Source: an uncultured Bacteroidales bacterium (GTDB lineage: Bacteria; Bacteroidota; Bacteroidia; Bacteroidales; VadinHA17). Taken from it: 64,000 nucleotides of DNA. The stretch's first letter is position 1. Each line of letters opens with the position of its first letter. Below the pieces are notes generated by a model. The model saw only the letters and a program-made list of their open reading frames with translations, was not told where the DNA came from and did not search any database. Shown here piece by piece: positions 10,593 to 21,355 of this stretch. Where the stretch lies: the NCBI GenBank assembly GCA_963828395.1, contig CAWHED010000006.1, positions 107,316-171,315 on the forward strand, read 5' to 3'. A program made the translations under genes and the position numbers.

Positions 10593-11981
10593 ATGTTTGA
10601 CCGCGAAATCTACATTAATCGTCGTAAGAGGCTGCAGTCTCTGATGAGCGACGGCATTGCTGTTTTTACAGGTAATGTCGAAGCACCGATGAATTATCCC
10701 GACAACACTTACCACTGGAGACAGGACAGTGATTTTCTGTATTTCTTCGGACTTGATGTTCCCGGATTGGTTGGTATGATCGATTTTAACTCAGGGAAGG
10801 ACTGCATCTTCGGTAATGATTTCGATGTGGATGATATAGTATGGATGGGACCTCAGCCGGTCATTGCGGACCTTTCAGCCAGCGTGGGGGTAACGCAAAG
10901 CCTGCCCTTGTCCAAACTGGATGATTACATTGACAAAGCTCTCTCGGTCGGCAGGCCTGTGCACTTCCTTCCTCCATACAGAGCGGAGACCAAGATGACT
11001 CTTGGCGCTCTTCTCCGCGAGAACCCATGCCAGATGAGAACCAAAGCCTCTGAAAAATTAATAAAGGCTGTTGTTTCGCTCAGGTCAATCAAGGAGGATG
11101 TTGAAATTGCCGAAATAGAGAAGGCAGGCGATGTAGCCTGTGAGATGCAGACCACGGCCATGCGTATGTGCAAGCCAGGCGTGAATGAACGGGAGATATT
11201 CGGTATTATTGAAGGAATTGCATGGGCAAAGGGTGGTGGCCCTGCATTTCCTACTATTTTAAGCATCAATGGCCAGACGCTCCATAATCACGTTCATGTC
11301 AATATTCTCAGGGAAGGTAGAATGATGGTGACCGACTGTGGAGCAGAATCGCTTCTTCATTATTCGGCTGATCTGACACGCACCACTCCTGTCGGGGGAC
11401 GCTTCGCACAGAGGCAGAGAGAGATTTACGAGATAGTTTTGAAGGCCAATACTGAATCAATAAAGATGGCCGGACCGGGTATCTCAAACCGCGACCTGCA
11501 CCTTAACGCCTGCCGCATAATTGCATCCGGCCTTAAAGATCTCGGGCTGATGAAGGGTGACATAGCCGAGGCTGTGAAAGAGGGGGCTCATGCACTCTTT
11601 ATGCCTCACGGACTGGGCCACATGATGGGACTCGACGTGCATGACATGGAAAGCCTGGGAGAAAATTATGTCGGATATAATGACAAGGTTAAACGAAGCA
11701 CCCAGTTTGGACTCAAATCGCTGCGATTTGCGCTTCCTTACAAGACGGGACATGTATTTACCGTTGAACCGGGGATTTACTTTATCCCCGAGTTGATGGC
11801 CAAATGGAAGGCTGAGGATAAAAACAAGCAGTTCATCAATTTTGAAAAGGCTGAGAGCTATCTTGACTTCGGCGGAATAAGGATTGAAGATGATGTGTTG
11901 ATCACGGCAACCGGATGCAGGATGCTGGGTAAGACGGCACCGAAAACGGTGGAGGAGATAGAGAAGGTGTGCCTGGAGTAA
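10593..11981 (+). CDS. pepP: Xaa-Pro aminopeptidase (M24B family)
   Basis: 462 aa. Pita-bread metal ligand motifs are present (VTDCGAE, HGLGHMMGLDVHD, FTVEPGIY, GIRIEDDV), along with an N-terminal creatinase/AMP_N-like domain. Confidence 0.85.
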   Translation: MFDREIYINRRKRLQSLMSDGIAVFTGNVEAPMNYPDNTYHWRQDSDFLYFFGLDVPGLVGMIDFNSGKDCIFGNDFDVDDIVWMGPQPVIADLSASVGVTQSLPLSKLDDYIDKALSVGRPVHFLPPYRAETKMTLGALLRENPCQMRTKASEKLIKAVVSLRSIKEDVEIAEIEKAGDVACEMQTTAMRMCKPGVNEREIFGIIEGIAWAKGGGPAFPTILSINGQTLHNHVHVNILREGRMMVTDCGAESLLHYSADLTRTTPVGGRFAQRQREIYEIVLKANTESIKMAGPGISNRDLHLNACRIIASGLKDLGLMKGDIAEAVKEGAHALFMPHGLGHMMGLDVHDMESLGENYVGYNDKVKRSTQFGLKSLRFALPYKTGHVFTVEPGIYFIPELMAKWKAEDKNKQFINFEKAESYLDFGGIRIEDDVLITATGCRMLGKTAPKTVEEIEKVCLE

Positions 11982-12725
11982 TCAGAACGCCTTGTAATAT
12001 TCCCTGTTGAGCCTGGCGATATTGAACAGTTTGATCTGTTTGGGGCATTGCGCCTCGCATGCGCCTGTATTTGAGCAGCTACCGAAGCCCTGCCTGTCCA
12101 TCTCGGCTATCATTGCACGCACCCTGTCCCTTGCTTCAGGTTTTCCCTGTGGAAGGAGAGCGAACTGAGATATCTTGGCTGAGACGAACAGCATTGCCGA
12201 AGCATTCTTGCACGCTGCAACACATGCTCCGCATCCTATGCAAATGGCCGAATCAAAAGCATCGTCGCTGTCCTTTTTCCGCACCAATATCGAATTGGCT
12301 TCAGAAGCCGCCCCCACAGTGACTGATATAAATCCTCCGGCCACCTGTATCCTGTCAAAGGCACTGCGGTCCACGATCAGATCTTTTATCACAGGGAATG
12401 GCCTGGCTCTCCACGGCTCAATAACTATTGTCTCTCCATCCTTGAAATACCTCATTGAGAGATGGCAGGTGGTCAGCCCAGGCACCGGACCATGAGGATA
12501 CCCGTTTATGAACATTCCGCAGCTTCCGCAGATCCCTTCACGGCAGTCGTGATCAAACGCCACCGGTTCCTTGCCTGCCTCAACAAGGTTCTTGTTCAGC
12601 AAATCAAGCATCTCAAGAAACGACATGTCAGGTGAGACGCCGTCAAGATCATAGAATGCAAAAGCACCTTTGGTTTTTGCATTCTTCTGTCTCCATATCT
12701 TTAGTCTGAGCTTCATATCTGGCAT
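11982..12725 (-). CDS. sdhB: succinate dehydrogenase/fumarate reductase iron-sulfur subunit
   Basis: Cluster motifs [15 protein letters not shown] (2Fe-2S), [11 protein letters not shown] and [12 protein letters not shown] (4Fe-4S/3Fe-4S). It lies directly downstream of the flavoprotein subunit. Confidence 0.92.
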   Translation of the reverse strand: MPDMKLRLKIWRQKNAKTKGAFAFYDLDGVSPDMSFLEMLDLLNKNLVEAGKEPVAFDHDCREGICGSCGMFINGYPHGPVPGLTTCHLSMRYFKDGETIVIEPWRARPFPVIKDLIVDRSAFDRIQVAGGFISVTVGAASEANSILVRKKDSDDAFDSAICIGCGACVAACKNASAMLFVSAKISQFALLPQGKPEARDRVRAMIAEMDRQGFGSCSNTGACEAQCPKQIKLFNIARLNREYYKAF

Positions 12726-12737
12726 AATTAGGATAGT

Positions 12738-14654
12738 TTATTTATAGCTTCTCTCCTTGAGTTCAACAAACTCGAATTTTAATGGTTCCTTATTGAGAAC
12801 AGGCTCATTCTCACCGTTATATTCCCAGGCAGCCACGTAGGAGTATTCAGCATCAATCCTCTGAGCTTCGCCTTCGGCAGTCTGACTTTCCTCACGAAAA
12901 TGGGCACCGCATGATTCTTTCCTGTTTAGTGCATCGGTTATCATAAGCTTTGCCAGCTCCATGAAATCAGCTACCCTGCCGGCTTTCTCAAGCTGCTGGT
13001 TCAGATCAGAGTCCTCGCCGGGCACAAGAAGATCATTCCAGAACTCTTTCCTGAGTTCCTCCACAAGGCTCAACGCTTTCATCAACCCCTCCTCGTTGCG
13101 CCTCATTCCGCAATAGTCCCACATTATCTTACCGAGTCGCTTATGGAAGGTTGAAGCAGTCTGTTTTCCTTTTATTGAAAGGAGTTTGTTAATCCTTTCT
13201 CTGACGCTTTTTTCTGCCTCTTCGAATTCAGGGCTTGTGGTTGGAATTTTCGGGGTTCTGATTTCTCCTGACAAATAACCGCTGATTGTTACCGGAAGAA
13301 TGAAATATCCGTCTCCGGCAGTCTGCATCAGGGAACTAGCCCCAAGCCTGTTTGCCCCATGATCGGAGAAGTTGGCCTCACCGATGGCATAGAGACCTGT
13401 CACTGTGGTCATCAGCTCGTAGTCAACCCAAAGCCCGCCCATAGTATAGTGTCCGGCAGGATAGATCTGCATTGGTTCTTCATAGGGGTTCATGCCGGTG
13501 ATGGCCTTATACATCTCGAACAGGTTACCGTACTTGTTTTCTATAGCTTTCTTCCCCTGTTTCTTTATAGCATCGCGGAAATCAAGGTTGACTGCCAGTC
13601 CTGTCTTTCCAACGCCGTATCCGGCGTCACATCTCTCCTTGGCTGCTCTCGAGGCAACGTCACGGGGGACAAGGTTGCCAAAGGTCGGGTAGCGACGCTC
13701 GAGATAATAATCCCTGTCTTCCTCCGGGATGTCATTTCCGGGTCGATTGTCACCCTTGTTTTTCGGCACCCATATCCGCCCGTCGTTACGCAGCGACTCT
13801 GACATCAGCGTTAGTTTGCTCTGGAATTCATTCAGTTGCGGTATGCTTGTCGGGTGTATCTGAACGAAACTGGGATTGGCAAAGGCAGCCCCTTTCTTGT
13901 AGGCTTTCCAGGCAGCGGATGCATTTGAGTTGACAGCCAGTGTTGAAAGATAATATACAGTGCCGTATCCGCCCGTGGCAAGCACGACAGCATGAGCGGA
14001 ATGACGTTCTATCTCGCCGGTTATCAGATTGCGTGCTATTATTCCGCGGGCTTTACCATCGATGACAACAAGATCAAGCATATCCCTGCGCGGATACATA
14101 GTAACCGTGCCGGCTTTGATTTGCCTGTTAAGTGATGAATATGCGCCAAGAAGGCACTGCTGGCCTGTCTGCCCTTTTGCATAAAAGGTGCGTGACACCT
14201 GTACGCCGCCAAATGAACGCGTTTCAAGAGTACCACCGTATTCACGGGCAAAAGGAACGCCGAGCGCAGTGTAATGGTCAATTACCTGGTTACTGACCTC
14301 AGCGATGCGATAGACATTTGCCTCGCGTGCCCTGAAGTCTCCTCCCTTGATCATGTCATAGAAGAGCCTGTAGGTATTGTCTCCGTCGTTCTTGTAGTTT
14401 TTAGCTGCGTTGATACCTCCCTGTGCTGCAACGGAATGTGCACGACGTGGCGAGTCCTGGTAACAGAAGACCTTGACGCTATACCCTAGTTCACCCAGTG
14501 AAGCGGCTGCACCCGCACCCGACAGCCCTGTACCGACGATTATGATGTCAAGCTTCTTTTTGTTGGCCGGATTGACCAGCTTTGAGCCGGACTTGTACCT
14601 TGTCCATTTCTCTTCGAGGGGACCTTCCGGTATTTTTGCATTCAGAGTTATCAT
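12738..14654 (-). CDS. sdhA: succinate dehydrogenase/fumarate reductase flavoprotein subunit
   Basis: 638 aa with [29 protein letters not shown] (covalent FAD His region), HYTMGGLWV and [10 protein letters not shown]. Confidence 0.95.
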   Translation of the reverse strand: MITLNAKIPEGPLEEKWTRYKSGSKLVNPANKKKLDIIIVGTGLSGAGAAASLGELGYSVKVFCYQDSPRRAHSVAAQGGINAAKNYKNDGDNTYRLFYDMIKGGDFRAREANVYRIAEVSNQVIDHYTALGVPFAREYGGTLETRSFGGVQVSRTFYAKGQTGQQCLLGAYSSLNRQIKAGTVTMYPRRDMLDLVVIDGKARGIIARNLITGEIERHSAHAVVLATGGYGTVYYLSTLAVNSNASAAWKAYKKGAAFANPSFVQIHPTSIPQLNEFQSKLTLMSESLRNDGRIWVPKNKGDNRPGNDIPEEDRDYYLERRYPTFGNLVPRDVASRAAKERCDAGYGVGKTGLAVNLDFRDAIKKQGKKAIENKYGNLFEMYKAITGMNPYEEPMQIYPAGHYTMGGLWVDYELMTTVTGLYAIGEANFSDHGANRLGASSLMQTAGDGYFILPVTISGYLSGEIRTPKIPTTSPEFEEAEKSVRERINKLLSIKGKQTASTFHKRLGKIMWDYCGMRRNEEGLMKALSLVEELRKEFWNDLLVPGEDSDLNQQLEKAGRVADFMELAKLMITDALNRKESCGAHFREESQTAEGEAQRIDAEYSYVAAWEYNGENEPVLNKEPLKFEFVELKERSYK

Positions 14655-14673
14655 GATGTTACGGTTCTTCAGG

Positions 14674-15318
14674 TTATTTTAACTGCCATATTACAAGAGG
14701 TATTACCGCAAAACCCAGCGGCAGCACAATTGCATATATCAGCGATATGGCCTTGATGACAGGTGTCCAGAATTCATTTGCCAGACCCAGAGTCTGAAAA
14801 GCTGACTGCAGGGCATGATAGAGATGGAAGCCAAGCAGGATAAAGCAAACCCAATAGAGGATTACATATCCGGGAATACTGAAAAGATGATAAGCCACGG
14901 AATAGAAATTCTCAGGATCACCCTCAACAAACCCCAGCTTTATGAAATAGAAATTGAAGAAGTGTATTACGAGAAAGATCAGAACTACTCCTCCGGTCCA
15001 GAATACGAATCTTGAAAATGCCGAAGTTTTGGATTTGTTTCTGACAGCATATCTTACAGGCCTTGAGAGCCAGTTCTGTATCTGCAGGAATACCCCGTAG
15101 GTGATGTGTACTACAATTGTCAGGAGCAGAAATATCTCAATCACCTTGACGAGAGGGAAGGTAGCCATGAAGTGAGCAGCTTTGTTGAAAGGCTCCGGGT
15201 CATCCTTCAGCAACATAAGATTGATGCCCAGGTGAACCGGCAGGAACAGCAGCAGAAACAATCCGGCAAGTGCCATCACGAATTTCTTCGAGACGGCCGA
15301 GAATAGTATTTTGTTCAT
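14674..15318 (-). CDS. sdhC: succinate dehydrogenase/fumarate reductase cytochrome b membrane anchor
   Basis: 214 aa with five hydrophobic helices containing conserved His residues. It is the first gene of the C-A-B operon, as in the Bacteroidetes-type enzyme. Confidence 0.8.
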   Translation of the reverse strand: MNKILFSAVSKKFVMALAGLFLLLFLPVHLGINLMLLKDDPEPFNKAAHFMATFPLVKVIEIFLLLTIVVHITYGVFLQIQNWLSRPVRYAVRNKSKTSAFSRFVFWTGGVVLIFLVIHFFNFYFIKLGFVEGDPENFYSVAYHLFSIPGYVILYWVCFILLGFHLYHALQSAFQTLGLANEFWTPVIKAISLIYAIVLPLGFAVIPLVIWQLK

Positions 15319-15417
15319 CGGTGTTGTACTTTTGAGTTCAGAATAGTTTCGAAAGAACAGTTAAAAATCTTTTCTTCCTCGTAAATTTAAAAAGTTTTTT
15401 TGCCTAAACAAATTAAT

Positions 15418-16245
15418 ATGAACAGATCAATACACTTTGAAGGCATTACAGTTAAGTACAGCGACGAAGGTAAGGGGAGACCGGTGGTCCTGCTGCATGG
15501 TTACCTCCTGACAGGAGAAGCCTGGCGTCCCCTGACAGACATACTATCCGAAACATTCAGAGTTATCGCCGTTGACATACCAGGTCACGGCGGTTCAGGA
15601 GTGGCAGGTGACACGCATACCATGGAATTTATTGCTGAGGCTGTAAGAGCAGTATTGAAGGATGCGGGAGAAGAGAAGGTTTTGCTTGCCGGTCACTCCA
15701 TGGGCGGGTACGCTGCACTGGCCTTTGCGGAAAAGTATCCCGGTATGTTAGCCGGCTATGTGCTGTTCCACTCCCATCCTTATGCCGACACACCCGAGGG
15801 TATATTAAAGAGAAAGAGAGAGATAGAGGTCGTCATGAAAGGCAAAAAGAATATAATGTATCCAGCCAACATATCGATGATGTTTGCTGAACGTAACCTG
15901 AAGAATATGACGGTGGCACTCACAAAACTTAAAAAACTTGCCTCCCGTAATCCTGCCGAAGGAATAGTTGCAATACTGAATGGTATGATAGTGCGGCCAC
16001 AAAGAACCGCTGTAATAGAAAAAGGAGAGGTGCCGTTACTCTGGATACTGGGAAGGGGTGACCGCTACTTCAGTCCGGAGACGGCCATGAGGGACATTAA
16101 AACCCCGGCAAATGCACAGGTTGTCATACTGGAAAATTCCGGCCATCTCGGTTTCATTGAAGAAACAGAGCGCTCAGCTGAAGTGATCAGCAACTTTGCC
16201 GCAAGATTTGACTGGAAACCGGAAGCAAACAGAAAGAAAAAATGA
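15418..16245 (+). CDS. alpha/beta hydrolase
   Basis: Oxyanion region VVLLHGYL, nucleophile elbow GHSMGG and C-terminal GHLGF. The start is placed at ATG 15418. Confidence 0.8.
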   Translation: MNRSIHFEGITVKYSDEGKGRPVVLLHGYLLTGEAWRPLTDILSETFRVIAVDIPGHGGSGVAGDTHTMEFIAEAVRAVLKDAGEEKVLLAGHSMGGYAALAFAEKYPGMLAGYVLFHSHPYADTPEGILKRKREIEVVMKGKKNIMYPANISMMFAERNLKNMTVALTKLKKLASRNPAEGIVAILNGMIVRPQRTAVIEKGEVPLLWILGRGDRYFSPETAMRDIKTPANAQVVILENSGHLGFIEETERSAEVISNFAARFDWKPEANRKKK

Positions 16246-16255
16246 AAATGCCAGA

Positions 16256-17848
16256 TCAGTTAGCCTCGATATAACTGAGGGCATCAATAAGCGTCTTGTC
16301 TATTTTCTCCCATAAGGGATAGAAACCTTTGTTGTCAATCATATTCCTGGCAATGTAGGCCTTCAGCTGGATGTAAATTATATTTTCTGAGATTTTAATC
16401 TGCTCCCTGTTGGGCTCTATCCCGTTATCTTTAGCGTAACTGATGAATTTATTCATGATATCCTGTCCTGAAAGCCACTGGTCAAGCGATTTAAGGTCAT
16501 GATATTTCTTCATGGTCTCACGGTTATCCTCAGTATACTTAAGAGCATACCTGTAAAGCAGGCCTGAATTCCTTATTGCCATAAAATAATCCGAAATACC
16601 GGAGGTATCGATAGGAATAAATATATCAGGCATAATACCGCCGCCGCCATAGACTATCTTTCCTCCCGGAGTTGTATAACGAAGTGTGTCAGTAATATGA
16701 ATTGAATCGGCCTCTTCGAACTCGCCGTGTATATACCTGTTACCCAGGTCTTCATAATATTTGTCAACACCCTCGTTATAAGGCTTTTGTATAGATCTGC
16801 CGGTTGGAGTATAGTAACGTGCTATAGTAAGTCTCATGCCTGATCCGTCGCGAAATGATACAGGTTCCTGTACCAGGCCTTTGCCAAATGAACGGCGGCC
16901 TATTATAGTACCGCGGTCATTATCCTGCACGGCGCCCGCAAGTATCTCACTGGCCGAGGCGCTCCATTCATCAATAAGGATGACCAGGTCTCCCTTTTCA
17001 AACTCGCCGTCTGCGGTTGCCCTTACGTCCTGCCTTGGCTTTGACTTACCAAGGGTGAATACGATAAGCTCTCCTGCCGGGAGAAACTCGTCAGCGATCA
17101 TCGTAGCTGCATCCATGACACCGCCTGAATTACCCCTGAGATCCAGGATTAGTTTCTTCATGCCCTGGGCTTTCAGTTCATTCAGACCTTTCTTAAACTC
17201 ATCATGTGTTGTGAGGGCAAAGTTGGAGATCTTGATGTATCCGACGTCATCAGACATCATGTATGATACGTCGATGCTGTAAATCGGGATTTTATCACGA
17301 ACAATGGCGAATGGCAAAAGCGAATCGACTCCTTTTCTTTCAATCTTCAGATCAACCCTTGTCCCGCGCGGGCCTTTGAGCATTTTTACAACTTCCTCAT
17401 CAGGGATACTCTTTCCTGCAATAAGTGTATCATCGACGAAGATGATCCTGTCTCCCGGGGTGATACCGGCTTTCTCGGAAGGACCTCCGGATATGGTACT
17501 TATTATCTGAACGGTGTCAGTCAGCATCTGGAATGTAACGCCTATCCCGTCGAAGTTGCCCTGCAGCGGTTCATTTGCCTGCGCCAGGTCACGTGCCGGT
17601 ATATATACCGAATGCGGATCAAGCTTGCGCAACATCACCGGGACAGCTGCCTCAACAAGCGCATCACGGTCAACAGTGTCAACATAATCAGATTCGATTA
17701 TATCCAGTATGCGGCTGAGCTTATCGTTTGATGGAGGGAAGTTGGTATAAAGACCGTTCTGAGGGTGAGGCATGTAAAACCCGACCAGGATCCCAATGGC
17801 TAATCCAACTGCAATTATAAGCGGAAGATATGCTCTGTTATATTTCAT
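16256..17848 (-). CDS. S41 family carboxy-terminal processing peptidase
   Basis: N-terminal TM anchor, PDZ region (GITPGDRIIFVDD), and S41 catalytic motifs DLRGNSGG and SASASEILAGA. Confidence 0.88.
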   Translation of the reverse strand: MKYNRAYLPLIIAVGLAIGILVGFYMPHPQNGLYTNFPPSNDKLSRILDIIESDYVDTVDRDALVEAAVPVMLRKLDPHSVYIPARDLAQANEPLQGNFDGIGVTFQMLTDTVQIISTISGGPSEKAGITPGDRIIFVDDTLIAGKSIPDEEVVKMLKGPRGTRVDLKIERKGVDSLLPFAIVRDKIPIYSIDVSYMMSDDVGYIKISNFALTTHDEFKKGLNELKAQGMKKLILDLRGNSGGVMDAATMIADEFLPAGELIVFTLGKSKPRQDVRATADGEFEKGDLVILIDEWSASASEILAGAVQDNDRGTIIGRRSFGKGLVQEPVSFRDGSGMRLTIARYYTPTGRSIQKPYNEGVDKYYEDLGNRYIHGEFEEADSIHITDTLRYTTPGGKIVYGGGGIMPDIFIPIDTSGISDYFMAIRNSGLLYRYALKYTEDNRETMKKYHDLKSLDQWLSGQDIMNKFISYAKDNGIEPNREQIKISENIIYIQLKAYIARNMIDNKGFYPLWEKIDKTLIDALSYIEAN

Positions 17849-18311
17849 TTTTCTTTTCTTCTATATTGATATAAACAAGCTCGATGCCTGCACGTCTGAG
17901 GAGTTCGATGCCGTCCAGGTTACGGTACTGGTTGCTGTATACAACGCGCCTGATGCCAGACTGAATGATGAGTTTGGCGCACTCCATACAGGGTGAATCT
18001 GTAATGTAGAGGGTCGAATTCTCGCTTGAATTGTTTGATCTTGCAACCTTGGTGATGGCATTGGCTTCAGCGTGGAGAACGTACGGTTTGGTCACATTGT
18101 TCTCATCCTCGCATACATTTTCAAAACCTGATGGTGTACCGTTGTAACCGTCAGAGATGATCATTTTGTCTTTCACGATAAGAGCACCCACACATCTTCT
18201 CCGGCAATAGGAGTTCTCTGACCATATCCCTGCCATACGCAGGTAACGTTTGTCAAATTGTGCCTGTTTTTCACCGTAAGGGTGTACGGCATCCTTCTTT
18301 GTCATCCTCAT
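17838..18311 (-). CDS. dCMP deaminase (deoxycytidylate deaminase)
   Basis: 157 aa with zinc motifs HAEANAI and PCMECAKLI. Its 3' end overlaps the start of the downstream peptidase gene (16256-17848) by 11 nt. Confidence 0.85.
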   Translation of the reverse strand: MRMTKKDAVHPYGEKQAQFDKRYLRMAGIWSENSYCRRRCVGALIVKDKMIISDGYNGTPSGFENVCEDENNVTKPYVLHAEANAITKVARSNNSSENSTLYITDSPCMECAKLIIQSGIRRVVYSNQYRNLDGIELLRRAGIELVYINIEEKKNEI

Positions 18312-18365
18312 TCAATTCGAGCGACAAACTTAATCGTTTTTGCAGCCAATTCAAAGAAACTCAAA

Positions 18366-18394
18366 GGGCACTTAAGTTGGTTGCTTAAGTGCCC
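18366..18394 (-). terminator. intrinsic terminator after the cytochrome gene
   Basis: Perfect 11-bp stem GGGCACTTAAG / CTTAAGTGCCC with a 7-nt loop. On the minus strand it is followed by TTTGAGTTTCTTTG. It lies about 30 nt downstream of the stop at 18424. Confidence 0.6.
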
Positions 18395-18423
18395 GATGTA
18401 AAATCATTGAAATCTGCCGGCGA

Positions 18424-19725
18424 TTATTTGTTGCTGTTTTTCCAGGTATAGGCATGCGGCCATTCGCTTGTACTGGTGCTTACTGATGTATGACAAATAA
18501 AGCATCCGTTCATTGTTTCAGGGTTGCTGCCGCCATGCTTTTCTGCATACTCACCCATATCATCCTCTCCTCTTGAACTATCATGACATGTGCCGCAGCT
18601 GCCAAGTGTCTTTGGGGAGGTGCTGTAAGGCTGGTATTGCATTGCCTGGTAATTATCTACATCTTTTGATGATGGAACCATTGCGTGAGGACTGCCATGG
18701 CAGGAAGTACACATCATGTTTCCATGACCTTTTGATTCTCTGTAAAGCGCTGACGTTGAGCCAACATCTGTTGCTTCGTTGTGGCATGTGGAGCATGATG
18801 GCTCATTAACCCATGGTACCCTGGTGCTGGTTGAGGATGCTACCTGGGCCATTGTACCGTGGCATGTAGTGCAGTAACCGTCTGCTGCCGTGTGCTTTAT
18901 GCTGCGATTACATTTTGTTGTCTGACCGGGATGACAGTCATAGCATGAGGCTCCTTTGTCTGCGTGATAACCATGGATAGCCTCGGAAAGGTATTTACCT
19001 GACGATCCTCTGCCGGACACTCCCAAAGCCTCCGAACCATGGCACTTAGCACAGAGAACAGGTTTTGACTGCATAAGTGATGTTCCTACCTTATCATCAT
19101 GCTTGGTAAGAACATCGTTAAATGCATCCGTTCCATGACACTTTGCACAGTTGATCTCATCGGAGGTGGGGACTGTAGCTCTTGTTGCAGCGACAATATT
19201 CCCGGAACCATCTTTTACGGTAATCTCCGCTACCTGTAAAGGATCCCATACACCCTGGTCATTAACAGGCACAACAGGAATTCCTGTTGCCTCAAAACGC
19301 CCTGAAGCTGCAGTCATTGCTCCGCTAAGCCCGTTGCCCGTGAGCCCTATGTCATGTTGCAGCGAGGCCATACCAAACAATGCGGTAATATGATCCCAGA
19401 AGCCTCCATACTGACGCTTGCCGTATGATGATGTGTTTCCTGAGATTTTGTACTCTACCGTAATACCGCTCGTTGTTATTACTGGTGGATTTCCTCTTTT
19501 AACAACCTGCGCCAGTATTGTATTGTAAGGAGGAAGGATCACGGCTTCGTCATAGGTTGGATTAAGACAGTGCATACCAAGAGAGTTCGATGCAAAAACA
19601 ACATAGTCACTTGAGGCGAATGGTGGATTGTCATTCTGCTTCTTACAGCCAACAACTATAAAAATGAAAAGCAATACAATGATGCTTGCTGGCAACCTGA
19701 AATATGATAATAAAAACTTTTTCAT
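18424..19725 (-). CDS. octaheme c-type cytochrome lipoprotein
   Basis: Signal peptide with lipobox (LLFIFIVVGC). Eight CxxCH motifs: CAKCH (x2), CYDCH, CTTCH, CSTCH, CTSCH, CGTCH, CFICH. A heme-free N-terminal domain of about 190 aa precedes them. Confidence 0.8.
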   Translation of the reverse strand: MKKFLLSYFRLPASIIVLLFIFIVVGCKKQNDNPPFASSDYVVFASNSLGMHCLNPTYDEAVILPPYNTILAQVVKRGNPPVITTSGITVEYKISGNTSSYGKRQYGGFWDHITALFGMASLQHDIGLTGNGLSGAMTAASGRFEATGIPVVPVNDQGVWDPLQVAEITVKDGSGNIVAATRATVPTSDEINCAKCHGTDAFNDVLTKHDDKVGTSLMQSKPVLCAKCHGSEALGVSGRGSSGKYLSEAIHGYHADKGASCYDCHPGQTTKCNRSIKHTAADGYCTTCHGTMAQVASSTSTRVPWVNEPSCSTCHNEATDVGSTSALYRESKGHGNMMCTSCHGSPHAMVPSSKDVDNYQAMQYQPYSTSPKTLGSCGTCHDSSRGEDDMGEYAEKHGGSNPETMNGCFICHTSVSTSTSEWPHAYTWKNSNK

Positions 19726-19736
19726 ACCAGTTCTTT

Positions 19737-20525
19737 TTAAATAAATATTTCACCTTTGAGAAATAGGACAGCACGTCCCGCAATAAGGGTTCTGTTACCT
19801 TTTAAGGTGCATTCGAGGTAACCTCTCCGTGCAGACAATTGTCTGGCTGTCATTAATGTTTTTCCAAGCCTGGCAGACCAGAAAGGTGTAAGGGTGGTAT
19901 GTGCTGACCCTGTTACCGGATCTTCATCTATTCCAGCCTGCGGTGCAAAAAACCTTGAGACAAAATCGGTATCAGAACCAGGGGCAGTAACTATAATACC
20001 GCGGCCGTCCGCCTTGGCAAGCTTCCTGAAATCAGGTTTGAGCGCAAGTATCTCAGCCTCGCTTCCGAAAAGCAGAAGAAAGTCGCTTCTCCCCATGAAA
20101 CACTCAACAGGCTCTTTACCAAGACTTTCCATAACCAGTCGAGGCAGATCGCATTTATGCAATGTATCGGTCGGAAAGTCAAGCTCCAGCATATCGCCCT
20201 TTTTCCTGACAATCAGGTCTCCCATATTCATGGTACGAAAGGTCACTTCCTGCCTTTCGGTCTCGAGTATGTCCATTACAACAAAGGATGAAGCCAGCGT
20301 TCCGTGGCCGCAAAGATCAACCTCCGTGACCGGAGTGAACCATCGGATAAGCCATTCATCACCCTCCGGTACGATGAAGGCAGTCTCAGCAAGATTGTTT
20401 TCCAATGCGATCTTCTGCATCAGATCACCGGGAAGCCAGCCTGTGGTAACACATACACCGGCAGGATTACCTGTGAATTTTCCGCAAGTGAATGCATCAA
20501 CCTGATAAAAAGGTAAGGAACTCAA
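19737..20525 (-). CDS. PhzF family isomerase
   Basis: 262 aa. N-terminus LPFYQVDAFTCGKFTGNPAGVC and a DAP-epimerase-like two-domain layout. TTG start. Confidence 0.85.
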   Translation of the reverse strand: MSSLPFYQVDAFTCGKFTGNPAGVCVTTGWLPGDLMQKIALENNLAETAFIVPEGDEWLIRWFTPVTEVDLCGHGTLASSFVVMDILETERQEVTFRTMNMGDLIVRKKGDMLELDFPTDTLHKCDLPRLVMESLGKEPVECFMGRSDFLLLFGSEAEILALKPDFRKLAKADGRGIIVTAPGSDTDFVSRFFAPQAGIDEDPVTGSAHTTLTPFWSARLGKTLMTARQLSARRGYLECTLKGNRTLIAGRAVLFLKGEIFI

Positions 20526-20623
20526 TTTATTAATTAAATGACTGTATAAAGTTAATAAATATTAGCCTGTTACGGTACCTGAATGATGATTAAGATACAG
20601 AAAGAATTGTATATTAGGACACC

Positions 20624-21355
20624 ATGGAACCACTAAGAACACATCAGGGAGCAGAGGTGTCAAAGTTGACCCCTGCACGCTGCAATATTTATGTTGTAAG
20701 CAACCAGAATCAGAGCATCGTCATCGATACGGGGATACAGTCTGACCGCACAAGGATTAACAGGGCTCTGATAAGAAGAGGGATTGAACCTGTTGCCGTG
20801 ATTCTGACGCATTCTCACTTTGACCATGCCGGGAATGTTGCATGGCTGCAAAAGGAATACGGATCAAAAGTTCTTGTTCAGGCTTTAGAAAAAGAAGCCC
20901 TTGAAAGTGGAGATATGCCAATTCCGGAAGGGACCTACGGTATTACCCGAGGCATCGTTTCCATCGGACGGAAGATGATGTCGATGTTCAGCTATGAACG
21001 CTGCATACCGGATATTGTCATCAATGAGTTCATGGATCTTTCCGGGCTGGGGATTGAAGGATATGTCATGCACGTACCAGGGCATTCACCGGGAGGGGTA
21101 GCAGTTGTGATTGACGGTGAAATTGCACTGGCTGGCGATTCGGTCATAGGGACCATGCCGGGCAGCCCGTTCCCGCCGTTTGCCGATGACGTTGATGAGC
21201 TGATGGTAAGCTGGAAGAAACTGCTTGACACCGGGTGTCATACTTTTCTGCCGGGACATGGCAGACCAATCAGCAGGGAGCAATTAGTGGCCGAATATGA
21301 TAAAAGGTCTTTAAAACATACACCTGGTAATTTCAACTCTTCGGCTTCATTATAA
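20624..21355 (+). CDS. MBL-fold metallo-hydrolase
   Basis: HxHxDH motif (THSHFDHAGN), with downstream HVPGHSPG and a metal-binding His in GHG. Confidence 0.85.
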   Translation: MEPLRTHQGAEVSKLTPARCNIYVVSNQNQSIVIDTGIQSDRTRINRALIRRGIEPVAVILTHSHFDHAGNVAWLQKEYGSKVLVQALEKEALESGDMPIPEGTYGITRGIVSIGRKMMSMFSYERCIPDIVINEFMDLSGLGIEGYVMHVPGHSPGGVAVVIDGEIALAGDSVIGTMPGSPFPPFADDVDELMVSWKKLLDTGCHTFLPGHGRPISREQLVAEYDKRSLKHTPGNFNSSASL

